A stretch of 64,000 nucleotides of DNA from Octopus vulgaris (GCA_951406725.2 OX597832.1:11470001-11534000), one strand, 5' to 3'. Numbered from the stretch's first letter, positions 23,598-38,403 are shown. Notes: generated from the sequence alone by a model not told the origin. A program made the numbers and translations.

Positions 23598-24010
23598 GCA
23601 TATATATATATACCCTTTCTTCTCTTCCTCTTTCTATCTCCTTCATGTCTACCCTACTTCTATAATTTTATCCTCACCACCAGCTAGCACACCTTCTCTT
23701 TCTTCATTTGTTTGTTATCTCTCTCCCCTCCTTTTTTCTCTTTTCCTGTTTTTGATATAACCTTACAAACACATTCCCAAATGTTCAGTCTCTTCAATAA
23801 AATCTTCGATCGAATAACAGCGTGTTATTCATAGAACACCGTGTTGTTCTATGCTCCTTTGTGTTGGGGGCACCTTCGTATTGGAAGTCAGTTGACCCTG
23901 TTATCTCCCCTACTGTCCCTCTCGCATCAGACAACTGTCCAAAGTTAGGACGCCATGATAGATCGTTAGCTCCTACACGCGTTTTTTCTCTCCTGGTTTT
24001 TTACTGTGTA

Positions 24011-24048
24011 TCTTTCTGTCGAAGAGCGTAGGTTCGAAACGTAAAAGA
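24011..24048 (+). ncRNA. Hammerhead-like motif with CUGUCGA core, probable PLE terminal repeat
   Basis: UCUUU CUGUCGA A GAG-cguagg-UUC GAAA CG UA AAAGA; 5-bp stem I; (TA)n about 75 nt downstream. Confidence 0.55.
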
Positions 24049-24639
24049 CTTTTTCTATTCCTGTTTGTTTGTACTCCACATGCCTTCGTCATTTGTTTAT
24101 TTTCGTAAACTTTCCATTTATTTATATATATATACGCGCGCACATATGCATGTATGTATACATATGTATATGTAGATGAGATGTATGTATACACGCACAC
24201 ACAAATATATATATATATATCAATATATGTTTTTGTTTGCTTGTTTGTGTGTGGAGTGTGATATGAATGCAAATGCATATGTTGATTATTTTATGGTACG
24301 TAAAATTTGCATGATGTAACACTGTGCTGAAATACTATTGACTCTGCGTTATGTTTAGACACACCAGACATAAACAGTGCTATGTTCGCATTCACTTCAA
24401 ACCCCACATGTTCCCACGCAAATACGGCATTCACATTCACACCATTACATTCGTGTATGTTTTTATTTCTTGTTCTACCATCCGCTTCGGCGCACAATCT
24501 CCTAACAGACTCATGGAACGAAACCATATTATGGAAAAGTCCTCCAGTCACCTTATGCATCACAAGATAATCACTCATACGCATGTATGTCAGTAGACAT
24601 ATAAACATATAAGTATGTGTGTGTAAGTGTGTGTCTGTG

Positions 24640-24677
<38 letters not shown>

Positions 24678-24740
24678 TACATCTTCCGTCTTCCATTTAC
24701 AATATATATATTTATATGTATGTGTATGCATGTATGAGTG

Positions 24741-24786
<46 letters not shown>

Positions 24787-25054
24787 CATAGAGAGAGAAG
24801 GAGAGCGGGGACAGACATAGATAGAAACAGAAAGAGAAAAAGAATGGGAGATCCATGGAAGAACAGTTCATATTGATTCAGAGACAAACTGCATCTATAG
24901 TCACCAAAAACCTATAAATATTTTATAGACAAACGAAGTTGAACAAGAATAAAGTCTGTATTTGTATAAATATATATATTTGTCTATACGTATATATATA
25001 CATGCGTGTATATTAACGTGTATATATATATATATATATATATAATTATACATA

Positions 25055-25091
<37 letters not shown>

Positions 25092-25158
25092 TATGTATAT
25101 ATATATATATAATTATACATAATTATATATATATATATATATATACATACACACACAT

Positions 25159-25198
<40 letters not shown>

Positions 25199-25210
25199 TA
25201 CACACACACT

Positions 25211-25266
<56 letters not shown>

Positions 25267-25278
25267 CATATATATATG

Positions 25279-25723
25279 CAGGGTCATTCAAAAGGAATGA
25301 ACCGATTTCATTACGCAAAATTTTAATAAGTAAAACCCCAGCTAAGTCACAAGTATATCCTGACAATCAACTTTCCTGTCTTACAAGTGTTCAGTGTGGC
25401 CACCACCTGCAGCAAGAGCAACATCAATGAGATAAGAGAATTCCTCCCAGTTGCGTATCGAGGTTAGTGGGTTGCGGTGGAACATGAACGCAATATTTTA
25501 CGTATCTCCAGATCTGGGGATCTCGCAGACCAAGCAGATACGCGCCTGAGACGAATTCTCTTAACGTATTGATGTTGCCCGTGCTGTAGGTGGTGGCCAC
25601 AGTGACACTTGTAATAAAAGTTGATTGTGAGTAAATACTTGTGACTTAGCTGGAGTTTACTATACCTTTTCCTTGTTAAAATATTTCGTAATGAAATTGG
25701 TTCATTATTTTTGAATAACCCTA
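25279..25723. mobile_element. Tc1/mariner-type MITE, almost fully palindromic
   Basis: Ends CAGGGTCATTCAAAA ... TTTTGAATAACCCT(A) within TA runs; arms pair imperfectly for about 180 bp. Confidence 0.85.
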
Positions 25724-26096
25724 TATATATGCGTGAGTTCGTATGTATATTATGATATAGTGGTGGCTTACGATCTTCTGATCAAATCAACAATACGAGG
25801 ATTTTCAAACTGCTGACTGTATGAGACAGTTGTAAATCATGATAGGAGTGGCAATGTTTCTTGGCGATGGAGTGAGTTGAACGCACATTGGTAGAGTAAC
25901 CATAGTAACATGCCATCTGGCACTCTATCAATTTCCGAAACCCATTGCCCAGGGATGGTGTACATTCAGTAACTGCCGAACGATGAATATCTAACTTTGC
26001 ATCAATGGGATTTGAACATAGACACCACACTCGCAACACATTCCGTAAAACATTCAATCAAACATCGTAATGACACTATATCTTCCTCCATCTCAG

Positions 26097-26168
26097 TCTT
26101 CTTCTTCTTCTTCTTCTTCTTCTTCGTCTTCGTCTTCTTCTTTTTCTTCTTCTTTTTCTTCTTCTTCT

Positions 26169-26170
<2 letters not shown>
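26097..26170. repeat. (CTT)n microsatellite
   Basis: Directly visible; a similar tract lies at 51550-51653. Confidence 0.95.
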
Positions 26171-26246
<76 letters not shown>

Positions 26247-26270
26247 AACATATATATATGTGTGTGCGTG

Positions 26271-26316
<46 letters not shown>

Positions 26317-26830
26317 TGTATGTATACAAATTTGTATTTATGTATAAACCTAGAGAGAGCGTGAGGTAGACAGATACATACATATTTACACACATACACA
26401 CATACATAGATACATACATACATACAAATATGTGAGTAGGTTTTATATACGCACATTTATTAGTAGTTACGTATCAGAACACAAGACACAATAGACACAT
26501 AGTAAATATACCATAACCTCTGCAGTCACTGACATAGACTCATGTTTCCAAGCTACATCTATTCAGCACTATCTCCCAGCATCAAATTAACTCACTTCTA
26601 ATACCGCACCTCTCACCACCAACCAAGAAACATTCATAAATGAAAACACGTTAACTTTCTTAGAAAGTTTAATAGCCTATTCTTCCTTTCAATACTCTAA
26701 CATTGATAAACACTTTAGATATGAATAGAGAACTCTATTCACTTAATATTTCTTTTTATTTTTATTACAAATAACCAATAATCTGAAATAACATAATGAT
26801 AAATAACAAATACTTCACTATTATAATGGT

Positions 26831-26890
26831 TATTGAAGATGCCGAAAGCTAGGGACAATCTTTCAGCACCAGATGAAACATTAATGTCTT
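26831..26890 (+). ncRNA. Degenerate hammerhead-like motif at a possible old PLE end
   Basis: UGAAGA UGCcGAAAG...CUUUCaGCA...GAAAC AUUAAU GUC with palindromic stem III; stem I broken. Upstream LTFLESLI (about 26650) resembles the end of a GIY-YIG domain. Confidence 0.35.
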
Positions 26891-26949
26891 TTATTTTCTA
26901 CCTACTAACACAAAGACACATTATGCGAGTCATCGAGACAGTCTCGATT

Positions 26950-27250
26950 TGTCTTTGTATATTCTACTGGAAATAACAGCCAAGTCTGCATCGGATTACA
27001 CACAGCAGTCTTAAAAACATTATCACAATTTGGATAATTTGTACCTAGATACACTATGCTTGTATCCCGTGTCAGGTTAAGTGAAGACGTCGACAGCAAG
27101 ACTTTGGATAACCGACAAGGCGGAAAAGTCCAAGACCAACGGATGGAAGATTATTGCGGCCAAGTAGAAGATGCTCATTGCTCTCTGTACATAACTTGGT
27201 ATTGGGCGTGGATGTCCAGAGACAGTGATTGGGGAAGGGACGATGCCTAC
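26950..27250 (+). mobile_element. Possible decayed RTE-like LINE 3' end
   Basis: RQGGK..PRPT.W and WAWMSRD..W resemble the C-terminal R..GRP...W motif of RTE ORFs. Confidence 0.35.
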
Positions 27251-28429
27251 TGCTTTACTCATATCGAAAGGCATTTTGTTCCTGAACTGAACAGTCAACG
27301 TCGACAGCCGCCGCCGATATCTGTGAAAAAAAAAAGTATAATAAACATGATAGTCATGGTTAGAATGCCTGTTGAGCATATGTCTGCTTCATCAGAGCTA
27401 TACTGGTGTTAAAAAAGTCACAAAAAAGAACAACCAGACTTTAACATTAACGTATCTTCTGTTATTCAATTTTGTACAAATTTTTAAGAAAGCAATTTAA
27501 AATTAAAGCCGGAAATTTAGGTTAGCAGCTATCACAAGTATCACTAATTTCATTTTTCTCTGAATTGCTTTAGAAATGTATTCTGAATTCTGATTACTGA
27601 TGTCTTCATATTTTCTAGGAATCTATTTGTTTATTAGTAATTTTATAAAATATTATGTTTAATATAATCATCATCGTCGTCAACATCAATTCTTTGACAC
27701 TACTGTCAGTACTCATGTGGCCAGCTACACGGTATCCACGGCAGATAAGTGCCTGGTATAAATTTTTTTAAATGTTTCCCCTGACCATGAGCAAGTCCTT
27801 CACACGGTTTAAACATTTAATGCTGAATGCACGAGAGTAGCATAAAATATGTTTTGCTGAAAGCCGAAATCACATCTTCCTCTCATGAGTGCAATATTTA
27901 AGCTATTAGACAACGCACCTAGAATTTCCATCTCACATATCTTATGTCGTCTATTGATTGTTTAGTAACGCGTCCCTAGATATAAGTCACATGGAAAAAC
28001 ATGAAGGAAACTCAGGACACTTGCTTGATTTGATACAAAAAACCTGCAATTTCTCCTCATTTTCCAAGATGCGAAATTTTTACGCACCTCCGAAAAGAAG
28101 AAACGAGAAGGAAATATATACAATGTAACGTCGCAAAGAGATGTGGTGCTCACGGTGTAACAAAATTTTGTCAAAAGTCTAATCGACCAAAGAAATTCTG
28201 AGGTAAATTTCAACAACGCTCACAACATCAATATTTCTTATGCTCGATAATACACTCCACTTCTCTATATGAGATTAACTCAGAAAAAACATTCGTAGCC
28301 TGTCACCGTCTCCAAAGTTCATTTTCTCATCGAGGATTTCTTTACGATTTAAGATATAATTTGACGACTGTCGAACGACTTATTCTAGAAATTATGTTTT
28401 CACATCTTCTAAATCGCTTGAAATTATCC

Positions 28430-28925
28430 TTAGCGGCATTTAGTTCACCTTCACGTTTTGAGTAACAATTCCACCGAGATTTTATACCCTACACTCGCAA
28501 TTACTGGACATTTGCCAAAATTTGAAACCATTATAACTTTCTATTGAGGGAAGTGAGCTAGACGATTACATTAACACAAGTGCTTAACTGGTATTTATTT
28601 CATCGACCCCGAAAGGATTAAAGGCGAAGTCATCCTCCACAGAATTTTAATCCTCTCAACCCACTCCCCAAATTTCACACATTGTGCGTACAATAGAGGG
28701 AATTATTTTATGTTGCACTGACAGAATCTTCTGTGAGCCTGGCTAAAATAGTTGAGGCTATTTGCTACGTTTCTTTACTTTCAAAATCGAAACCCTACGG
28801 ACGTAAATGCTGCTATTCATCCTTCCAATTTCGCGAAGGTAAAGAGCCAATCAAGTACAGAATTCCATGGTATTAGCCCTCCAAAATTTCAAAACTTCTG
28901 CTAATGTTAAAAACTATTATTATTG
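28430..28925. mobile_element. Cluster of decayed group A SINE pieces in both orientations
   Basis: cttagcggcattt...gccaaaatttgaaacc (plus), atcgaccccgaaaggattaaaggc (minus), and a further plus remnant from about 28720. Confidence 0.6.
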
Positions 28926-29974
28926 CATTTAAAGAGTCTAAATTTTACGAGTTGCTTCTTTTGGAAAAAAAATTTTGAACATAATTTGGTTGTGAAGTAA
29001 GATGCGGAGGAGTATATATTCTCTTTGATGTGAAATGGTTTCTTTTAGACGTCATCCTATACAAAATACAAAAATATAAAAAAAATGATTCTTAATTTTA
29101 TATCTTAATTAGCCTTCTGATATAATTATGTTTATGGCGTCACAATATTTTAAAATTATTTTTTTGATATTTTGAGGTTTTATTCTCTCTTCACACTCTC
29201 TCATTCTCTTTCTTTCTCTCCTACTCTCTCTCTCACTCACTATTTATCTATCTACACACACTTACATAATACTTGCATACATACATACATACATACATAT
29301 ATACATACATACATACTTGTACATAATTATATGTATGATAGTTTCAAATATAATCTAAACGAAGATAAATATCAAGCAACACACTGTAATCTGTTACTGC
29401 CGTGTGCAATAAGCTGTGTGAACGAGTTCAGATTCTTCTAGAAATGTTAGCCAGAATAATAACAATACTTTATTCATTTATAAAATATTTAATTTATTGC
29501 TTTAAAAAAATTGTCATTTTCGTACTTTATCTTTACTAAGATAGAACCTAACACGGGCACTCTGTTGATCCACTCCATAGGTTAATCTCAAATGCTCAAT
29601 TAAACACAAACATACTCTATCATAAAATCAATTTTCCATTCTATCACAGTACTGATAATCTCTGAAACTGTACATAGATAAACCAGTATAATGGCACTGT
29701 TTAATACATAATTAATCTCGATTAAATTACATCATCCCGTTCCTTAGCAAGGCCTCATATCTCTTCAGATGGAGAAACCTGAATCTTCTCACCCACCTAG
29801 GACAACATATTTCTCATCTTTTTTTTTAAGAGTATATGCCTCACACGTTAGGCCCGGGTCATGCGGTGATGGTCATCTGGGGTTTCTCAGTAGAATCTAA
29901 TCACTCCCCATGTCGCGTAGAATCTGATCAGATATTCTTAGAGTTCTGCCAGTACGCAGCCGAAAGTATTATCT

Positions 29975-30308
29975 TTTATTTGTTTCAGCAATTAAAGTGC
30001 GGCTTTCCTGGAGCACAGCCCTGAAGTCGACTCCAGTGCTTATTACTAGTTCTGGTTGCTATTAAGTCGGCGTCTTTTGCTGAACTATTATGTTAGGGAG
30101 ACGTAAAGAAGCTCCGGTAGAAAAGCAGTGGCTGGTGACAAACAAAATCACAACGATACACGCGAGCTTCCAAGCAATTTCCACTTACCAAATTCCCTCA
30201 CAAGATACTGGTCGGCACGGGACTGAAGCAGAATACGCATGGTCAAGGTGCCACGCAGAGGCACTGAATCCAAAACCATATGGTCCCAAAGCAGATTTCT
30301 GAGCCACT
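29975..30308 (-). mobile_element. Decayed group C SINE
   Basis: caaggtgccacgcag..actgaatcc..aaccatatgg matches the reverse complement of the group C head. Confidence 0.65.
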
Positions 30309-31075
30309 AGTTTATACCGTTTTCATAGATCTTGACAGGAAAAAAAAAAAGACAATCATTTGGATTACCATCGACTTGATCTTTCAGGACATATAATCAC
30401 TTAGAAAGGCGGCAATCATTCAATCTGATAATCTAATGGTTCTGCGAATTAAGCAACAAATCGATCATTGGAAACATAAATTATGCAACTGTTTCTAAAT
30501 ATTTATTTCTTTGTAATATCATAAAACTAATACCTCATATAAGGTAGTGTTATACAAATGAAAACCATAGTGGGGATTTATATTTCTGTAACATCTGACG
30601 AAGAAGACACTATCTATGGAAATGTTGAAAGCAAATAAACAGGAACACAGAAAAAAGATTTTTATGCCTGGTAAATAGCAAATTAATTGTTCATATAGTA
30701 AGACGATTGCTTGTCAATTACTAGGTTAGCTACTGAAGCAGTTTACCCTTTCTTTGTCCATTACTAGGTGATCTGCATTAATCTTGGTTCATTGTTATGT
30801 CTTTCTTTAAATCAACAGTTCAGGTTGAGGTGCTAACAGCAGTGTAATCATAACATATGGTGTGTCCATGGTTAACTTGTTGAAAAATTCTGGTCTAAAG
30901 AGGAGTTCAGTAATTATATGCGAGAAAAAAAGCATTTGTAATGCTTCCTTAACAAAGTGATACTCTATTTAACGATGAGTTTAGCATAAATTTGGAGAAC
31001 TATAATTTCTTTTAAAGAAGAGAATAAATACTTGAACACTATATATAGAGCTTCGTAAGTTTCTGAATACTTTTG

Positions 31076-31110
<35 letters not shown>

Positions 31111-31861
31111 GCACATAGATAGAACGAGAGAGAGAGACCAATATAAATACACACAGATGCACGCAAACGGAAATGCATATACAGACATGCATATATACAC
31201 ATACATGTATATAGGGAGAGAGAGAGAGAGGAAAGAAGCAGACTGTGGTGTTAATATGAAATATGTATAGGAATTTTCTTTGTATATAGTCGGTGTACTT
31301 TAAAAATGAGAGAAGTTATTAACATCCAATTTCTAGATATTTGAAAGGTTTATTTTCATAGAATTATGCAAGTCTAGTGGTAGGTAACTGTTTCGGCTGT
31401 TGTTGATACTTGTATGTGGAAAGCTAAGAAATCTTGTTTCATAATATCAATATTATATGAGCACGTGTATTGAGATGTGAAAGCAAGCAGGCTGTTGATA
31501 TAGTAAAAGCGAAAGTGAAAGTGAAATATACAATAATCGAAGCCGTCGATACAACATATAAGGTAGAATAAGTGAGTGTCTACAAAGAGCTAGCTAACAA
31601 AAGCTCCGAGTCGGATCAGTGTTAGAGGAAGCTTCCATTGCAAGACATGAGAGACCTATGTGGCCTGAAGAAAATCAACGGAAATATTCCTCAGTAGACA
31701 GTCTATTGAAAAAAAAAACTATGATTGAAGAATAGCAACTTTGCACACAGAACAAACTGAATAGATGTAATAAATTGTAGACACACACACCAGACAAACA
31801 CACCACACGCACAAACATACCACTCACACACTCACACATATATAATACGTGTCTGTATATG

Positions 31862-31917
<56 letters not shown>

Positions 31918-32121
31918 TCTGTGCGTTTGTGTGTCTGTGTGCGTGTTTGTTTGTCTGTTTGTGTGCGTCTGTGGGTGTGAGCATGTATATATGTATACTT
32001 GCATAAATATGGTCAAATACGCAATCATATATACAGACATATACATGGGGTCATTTTCAGACTTTCGAGTCAATTATAGTATATATTATAACCTTATCAT
32101 AAATATTTATAATATTCACCT

Positions 32122-32163
<42 letters not shown>

Positions 32164-32614
32164 AGTGTATGTGAGTGTATGCATGTATACATGTCTGTGT
32201 ATAAATGTACTTGTGTATATTAAGACACGGAAAAATACAGACATATATATGTACATTTATTTTCTAAGTCTCGATATAGAGGTTTATGTGTACGTGTAGC
32301 ACACTATTTTCTTATTAGTTATATCTTATATCATATTCATCCGACATTTTCATATAGATTCAAAATAATGTGTTATGTATAATGTCTATTTCCTTCAGTA
32401 AAATATATAATCTTTACTTTAAAAGATCTGTGCATCATATTTGCATAGATACATCTATTTCTTTTACACGATCTTATCGATCTTATGCTAAATGATATTT
32501 TCCAACTTATATTGATATTATCAATCACTCAATCTATGTATCTACATTTATTTATTATATATACATATATATGTTATTATATATACATATATATGTTATT
32601 ATATATATATATGT

Positions 32615-32652
<38 letters not shown>

Positions 32653-32771
32653 TATTATATATAATATATTATATATTTAGATATATATAAATATACATAT
32701 ATATATTCATATAAATACATATATATATATTTTATATATATATATATACATGTATATGCATATACACACAT

Positions 32772-32803
<32 letters not shown>

Positions 32804-34835
32804 GGTTATATTCGTATGTATATGTATCGTTATATGTATTATACATGTATATTATATATGCACATATATAGTTATAAATTATATTCACCTATGTATATAG
32901 TAATGTGATATGTATATATATTTATATAATACATATATATGTATTTGTGCGTGTGAGAGAGAAAGAGATTGGGAGTGCGTGTGCGTATATGTGGTCGCAC
33001 TTGTACACTAATACATATATATATATATACACATATATATGCATATATTTATATGTATGAGTTCGTCTAATTACATATGTGCGCGTGTTTCTGTGTATGT
33101 TCGTTAATGTAATGACTGTGTGTTATATTACGTGAGCAAAGTGTATGCACGATTGTATGTATGGTAGTGCATTTATAATCTTAAAGAGGTTAAAACGAAA
33201 CGTTTAAGAACGGTCGATGGCAACTCTGGACGTCTTTGATATTTCTATTATGGATACAAATAATTATAATCAATTTTATTTTACTTCCACCCTTCTCTAT
33301 ATGGCTTCCTGTGTCTGGTGTCTCCCGGCTGAATTACACAAATAAAAATCAATATACATTTTGAAATATTATAAAACAAAACGTTTTAAAAAGACACAGC
33401 ATTATATTTTTTTTCACTTGTCACTCAGTATTTCTTCGACAAGTTTATTTCAGTTATATTGAAAACAGAACTTAGTTTCTTTTACAGTTTTCTTTTAGTT
33501 ATCTTTTGAACATATAACGTACAATTTAGCAGTTCCTATTTACCTGGATAAATCACAGCCTGTCTTCGTGCTGATGTAATGCATCAATTCCTTCTGTGGA
33601 CTTGGCACGAAGCTTCTATTGTTACCTCTTTTGTTATGCAGCTGTTGAATAGGGGATTTACTTGACTGAAATTAATTCTGGCACTTATTTTATGGAAATG
33701 CCACTCGTTTTATCGAAGACTAAGGAAAAGAAACAAAGAAAAACCAAAACAAAAACCTTGTTGAAATAGAAACTTGAGATTAGATACACGAAGTTAGATA
33801 ATCTAATATATGTTTAGTCGATGCCATAGTGTCGCTTCCACGTAACAAATGTATTTAAGAATGTTGTATTGTTTTCCGTGCTAGGCAGAAGGCCAATATT
33901 TGAATCCGAATATACGACGATACAGGTCAATATTTAACTGATTTTTAATTTATCAAAACCATTGGATATGAAATGTTAAATCGACACCGGTTAGATTAGA
34001 GGGATTAAAGTAAAACAAATAATGCGATTATTCCCTCTGCTGCATATTTCCAACTCCAAATAATCTCGTTATTATCTTAAGAACTTTACATAATTCTTAT
34101 GTTATTCTTATTCCATATATGTACATGAAACAGCATCTCCGGAATACATTTAGTAACAACTGATGCCTATACACTTATATTTCTTACTGTCTTTACATAA
34201 ATTATTTGCATATCTCAGTTAATACTATCTTCCTTTAAGACACTACACAGTTGTGTAGCAGAGAAAATATGGCCAAGGCAGTTGGCTGGTAGACATCCTC
34301 ATTATGTAAAACAAACACACAAAAAGCAATCAATAATTGCAATGCAATATTTAGTTTCCTTTCTCTGCGTTTTGAGTTTGAACAACTCAAGGCAATAATA
34401 CTATGAATTTTATCAATACCATGACGCTAAAACAAATACTACCCATGTGTTGCGGTAGATTTAAGATACTATATTTTTTCTCGACTTATCTGATTTTTTT
34501 AGTAATGTACGAAAATCATTATTAGTGCTTAGAAGCCTATGAGTGAGTCAATTATCCGTTAGCAAACAACACAATGAAAATTTGTTCATGCAGCGCCATT
34601 AATTACTTAGACGAAAGAATTGTTTCTAATATAAGCATAGGTGAGAAAATAATGGAAAGTGTTGTTCGACTGAGTTGCTAATTTTAGGGTTCTGAAAGGT
34701 AAAAGAAAAATGACGTTGTTGTCCTAAATGGGATTTGAACTCCGAAAGTAGAAGCAGGAACAATTTTAGAAGGTACGACCCTCTAAAGACTCTGCGAGTC
34801 TACCGCCCTACGAGGCGAGATAATAGTCATTGATA

Positions 34836-35219
34836 TCTCTCTCTATATAAACGGCAGTTTGTCTGTGCGTGTTTCTGTGTGTCTGTTTGCTTGTACCCTC
34901 ACCCTGACCACGGCTTTCAACCGATTCTGATGAAACTTGACACACACATAGCCCAATGTCATAATTCAAAACTAACGTAGCGAAAATTTTGAAAAGTTCC
35001 CCCAGTTCTGAAAAAAATCGATAAATTCGACATGGGGTCGAGAATCAGAAACACAAACCGCAAACTGTCTAGGGGACGCAACTCCACCTTTTTTCACTCT
35101 CAAAAAAAATTTACCATCATTTTTTCCCATTTTTTTGCTATTTGTTTGCTATAACTCTCTAAAAATGCTTTATAGTTATTTCCCTTACAAACCTGAGCAA
35201 CGCCGGGCGATACTGCTAG
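34836..35219 (+). mobile_element. Non-autonomous Helitron
   Basis: A|TCtctctctatata start; cctgagcaacgccggg hairpin then cgatactgCTAG|T end. Confidence 0.85.
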
Positions 35220-35765
35220 TATTCAATAGGAACGGAAATAAAAAAAAATAGTTGTTTTCGAAAAGCTCCACAAGCCATATGAATATATGAATGAAAGATA
35301 TATTATCAATAAAATAACGTGTACAATTCGACCCCTCTGGTGAAGTTTCTGTGTAGTCGTTCAGCCTGTAAGGAAGAGCAACTTATTCTATATCAAAACC
35401 CATTTACTCATTCTTAATAGGGGGGAATAATTTTAATAATGCTGTCAGAGGAATACTAGAAACCAACAGATACAGTATGATGAGAGTATAATTTTTTGAC
35501 CTCAGATCAACTTCAGCAGGGCTGACATGTCGCTAGCTTGCAGCAGCCGGAACAAAGAATGAAATTGCATTAATTTGGTGCATTGTTGCAGATAGCCAAT
35601 TCGAAAGTATATAACCACGCAGATGGTATACGCGGTATTAATCTTGCCGTGGTTGGAGATAAGTGGGAAAACCTCCTGAACAATGCTTGCATGCAAAGAA
35701 ACTCATTCCAGATATGCCAACTTCATCATATATTCAAACATGTCATGGTGTATATACAACAAATA

Positions 35766-35814
<49 letters not shown>

Positions 35815-35835
35815 TATATATATAAATATCGTGAC

Positions 35836-35877
<42 letters not shown>

Positions 35878-36620
35878 TGCAGGCACACACACATATATGT
35901 ATGTGTGTGTTTGTTGAGGGGTACATGGTTGTGTTATATATGAATATGGGTTATATATTTTACTGTTCAAAAATAGATATTAAAAATGCCATACTGATAA
36001 AGTCAACGTTTATCTCGTTGATATACCTACGTTACATAGAGTGAGAAGTTTAACGCGGATTAAATGCTAATATCTTCGGCAAATTCGTAGCAGCAAAAAT
36101 ATTATTAATGTACAGAAAGAAAAGCGTGGGATTATGATCAATCACTTCTTTATAACATTATTGACGAGAAACGTGAAACGTTGACCACAATGCTAAGGCC
36201 ATCTGGTTTTGAACTTTCTAAGAGGAAAATATTGAAATTCATGGAATGGAGAAGATTATTACTTGGTGGGAAAATTAACTACGTGGTTTTTTTGACACAG
36301 GGGAGAGATCATTTCATATATAGTCAAACATATTTCCCTAAAAGTATTTTCAAAACTCATCACAAAAATCATTCGTATGTATATACTTATATATCATTCG
36401 TTTACGTGCTACTTTTCGTTATATGTATCAACTATGTAATATACTTATACGGTGCTTTCCAAAGTTCCTATTCGGGTGTTGGCTACCAGACGCTATTATG
36501 CAATGGAACCTCTTTAGTGCTTTGGAAATTGCGCACCTACAGACACGCATGTCTACAGTTATTGTTGAATCATATTAATACAATAATGTGGTGTATAATA
36601 AATGTAACATTCAGCAATTA

Positions 36621-36655
36621 ACACCTGATGATGAAGCGCTGAAACAATTGTAGTC
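36621..36655 (+). ncRNA. Degenerate minimal hammerhead-like motif near (TA)n
   Basis: AC CUGAUGA ugaagcgcu GAAAC AAUU GUA GU: intact core boxes, palindromic stem III, weak stems I and II; (TA)n 40 nt downstream. Confidence 0.4.
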
Positions 36656-36764
36656 ATAAAGCCTGTTCATTCTATCTTCTCGTATTCAAATTAATTTATA
36701 TATATATATATATATATATATTTGTGTGTGTGTGTGTGTGTATGTCTGTGTGTGCGTGTGCATG

Positions 36765-36826
<62 letters not shown>

Positions 36827-36829
36827 CAG

Positions 36830-37412
36830 TGAAGGCGTATGGCTCAGTGGTTAGAACGTCGAGCTTACGATCGTGAGGTTGTGAGCTGGAATTCCGGACT
36901 GGGTTTCGTGTTGTGTTCTTGAGCAAGACACTTTATTACACGTTGTTCCAGTTCACTCAACCGTAGAAATGAGTTGCGACGTCACAGGTGCCAAGCTGTA
37001 TCGGCCTTTGCCTTTCCCTTGGATAACATCAGTGGCGTGGAGATGGGGAGGCCTGTATGCATGGGCGACTGCTGGTCTTCTATAAACCTATTTCTTTACT
37101 ACCCACAAGGGGCTAAACACAGAGAAGACAAACAAGGACAGACAAACGAGTTAAGTCGATAATTCGACCCCAGTGCGTAACTGGTACTTGTTTAATCGAC
37201 CCCGAAAGGATGAAAGGCAAAGTCGACCTCGGCGGAATTTGAACTCAGAACGTAGCGGCAGACGAAATACCGCACAGCATTTCGCCCAGCGTGCTACCGA
37301 TTCTGCCAGCTCGCCGCCTTAAACCACCATAAACCACCTTGCCCGGACTTGTGCTTGGGAGGGTAACATTCTAGGTGCAAACTCATGATCAGTCATGACC
37401 GAAGGGAGTCTC
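36830..37412 (+). mobile_element. Group B-type SINE interrupted by a group A SINE
   Basis: gaaggcgtatggctcagtggttagaac head and gttgtgttcttgagcaagacacttta centre; the tail resumes after 37320. Confidence 0.85.
37089..37320 (-). mobile_element. Full-length young group A SINE
   Basis: Complete from aaggcggcgagctggcagaatcg to gtagtaaagaaata on the minus strand; TSD-like taaacc on both sides. Confidence 0.92.
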
Positions 37413-38299
37413 AGATATATATGCGTATGCGCTTATGCGCGTATACATTTATATAGTTGTACACATTTATATGTGTTTGTGTGTGTTCGAGCACGTTGGA
37501 TTACGCTACTAAGTATGGGAAAATTAAAGAATGCTGTTGGTATCATTGCAATTTTCAATACGAACAATGTATTTTATCAGGTATTTTCAAATTGTCATGG
37601 TTTTCCCTTTGGATTGCCTCCCCCAAATACGTTTATTGGTCTGTAAGAGACCCTTATGTTTATTCCCGCTAGTAGACTGATATTTGGTTGGATTTTTTTT
37701 TGTTTTTGATTTTTTTTGTAGTAGTTTAAGCGACCACAAAGTTGCTTTCTCGTTAGACCGATGGCGTCAAGATAAATTACGTTGGTAGCAAGTCTGAGTA
37801 TAATAGATTTTATATCAGCGTCCTCAGGCACAGAAGAAATTTTCAGCTTGAATACATGTAACATCGCAAAATAGTAGGAAAGGAAAACTCTGAGGCATTA
37901 CATTCTTAACAGTCAAAATAAGGAAATGATTAATGTATTTAGTCCCGATGGAAGAGACTTCCAGAAGTAATTATATTCTCCATCAATCACAACGAGATGA
38001 GAGACTATATTTTTAACGAAAATAATATGAAGCACAACAAAATAAAGAGACATTAAAAGGATACACGGACGCAAGGAGACATATACAGAGACAGTCACAC
38101 AAATAAGCATATAACTGAATATGTGCGTGTGTTTGTATGTGTGTGTGTGTGTGTGTGTACGTGTGTGTCTGTCTGTGTTCATGTGCGGCTGTGTGTGTGT
38201 GTCTTCATAAATATATATGTAAATATATATAATGCATATATATGCATTTGTGTGTGTTTCTACGTGCGTACACTCACCTATATGTCTTTCGTGTCTTCA

Positions 38300-38333
38300 T
38301 ATACATATATGTATGTATATATATATATGTATG

Positions 38334-38388
<55 letters not shown>

Positions 38389-38403
38389 GTATATATATGT
38401 ATG

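Noticed and set aside
27690-28400. Possible DDE transposase remnant (LLDNAP at about 27905)
   Set aside because: A single short motif with no supporting neighbours in frame.
30590-30627. ctgacga...gaaa motif
   Set aside because: No stem III or cleavage triplet can be formed.
35502-35750. Non-repetitive GC-richer segment with short ORFs on both strands
   Set aside because: No recognisable protein motif or convincing splice pair.
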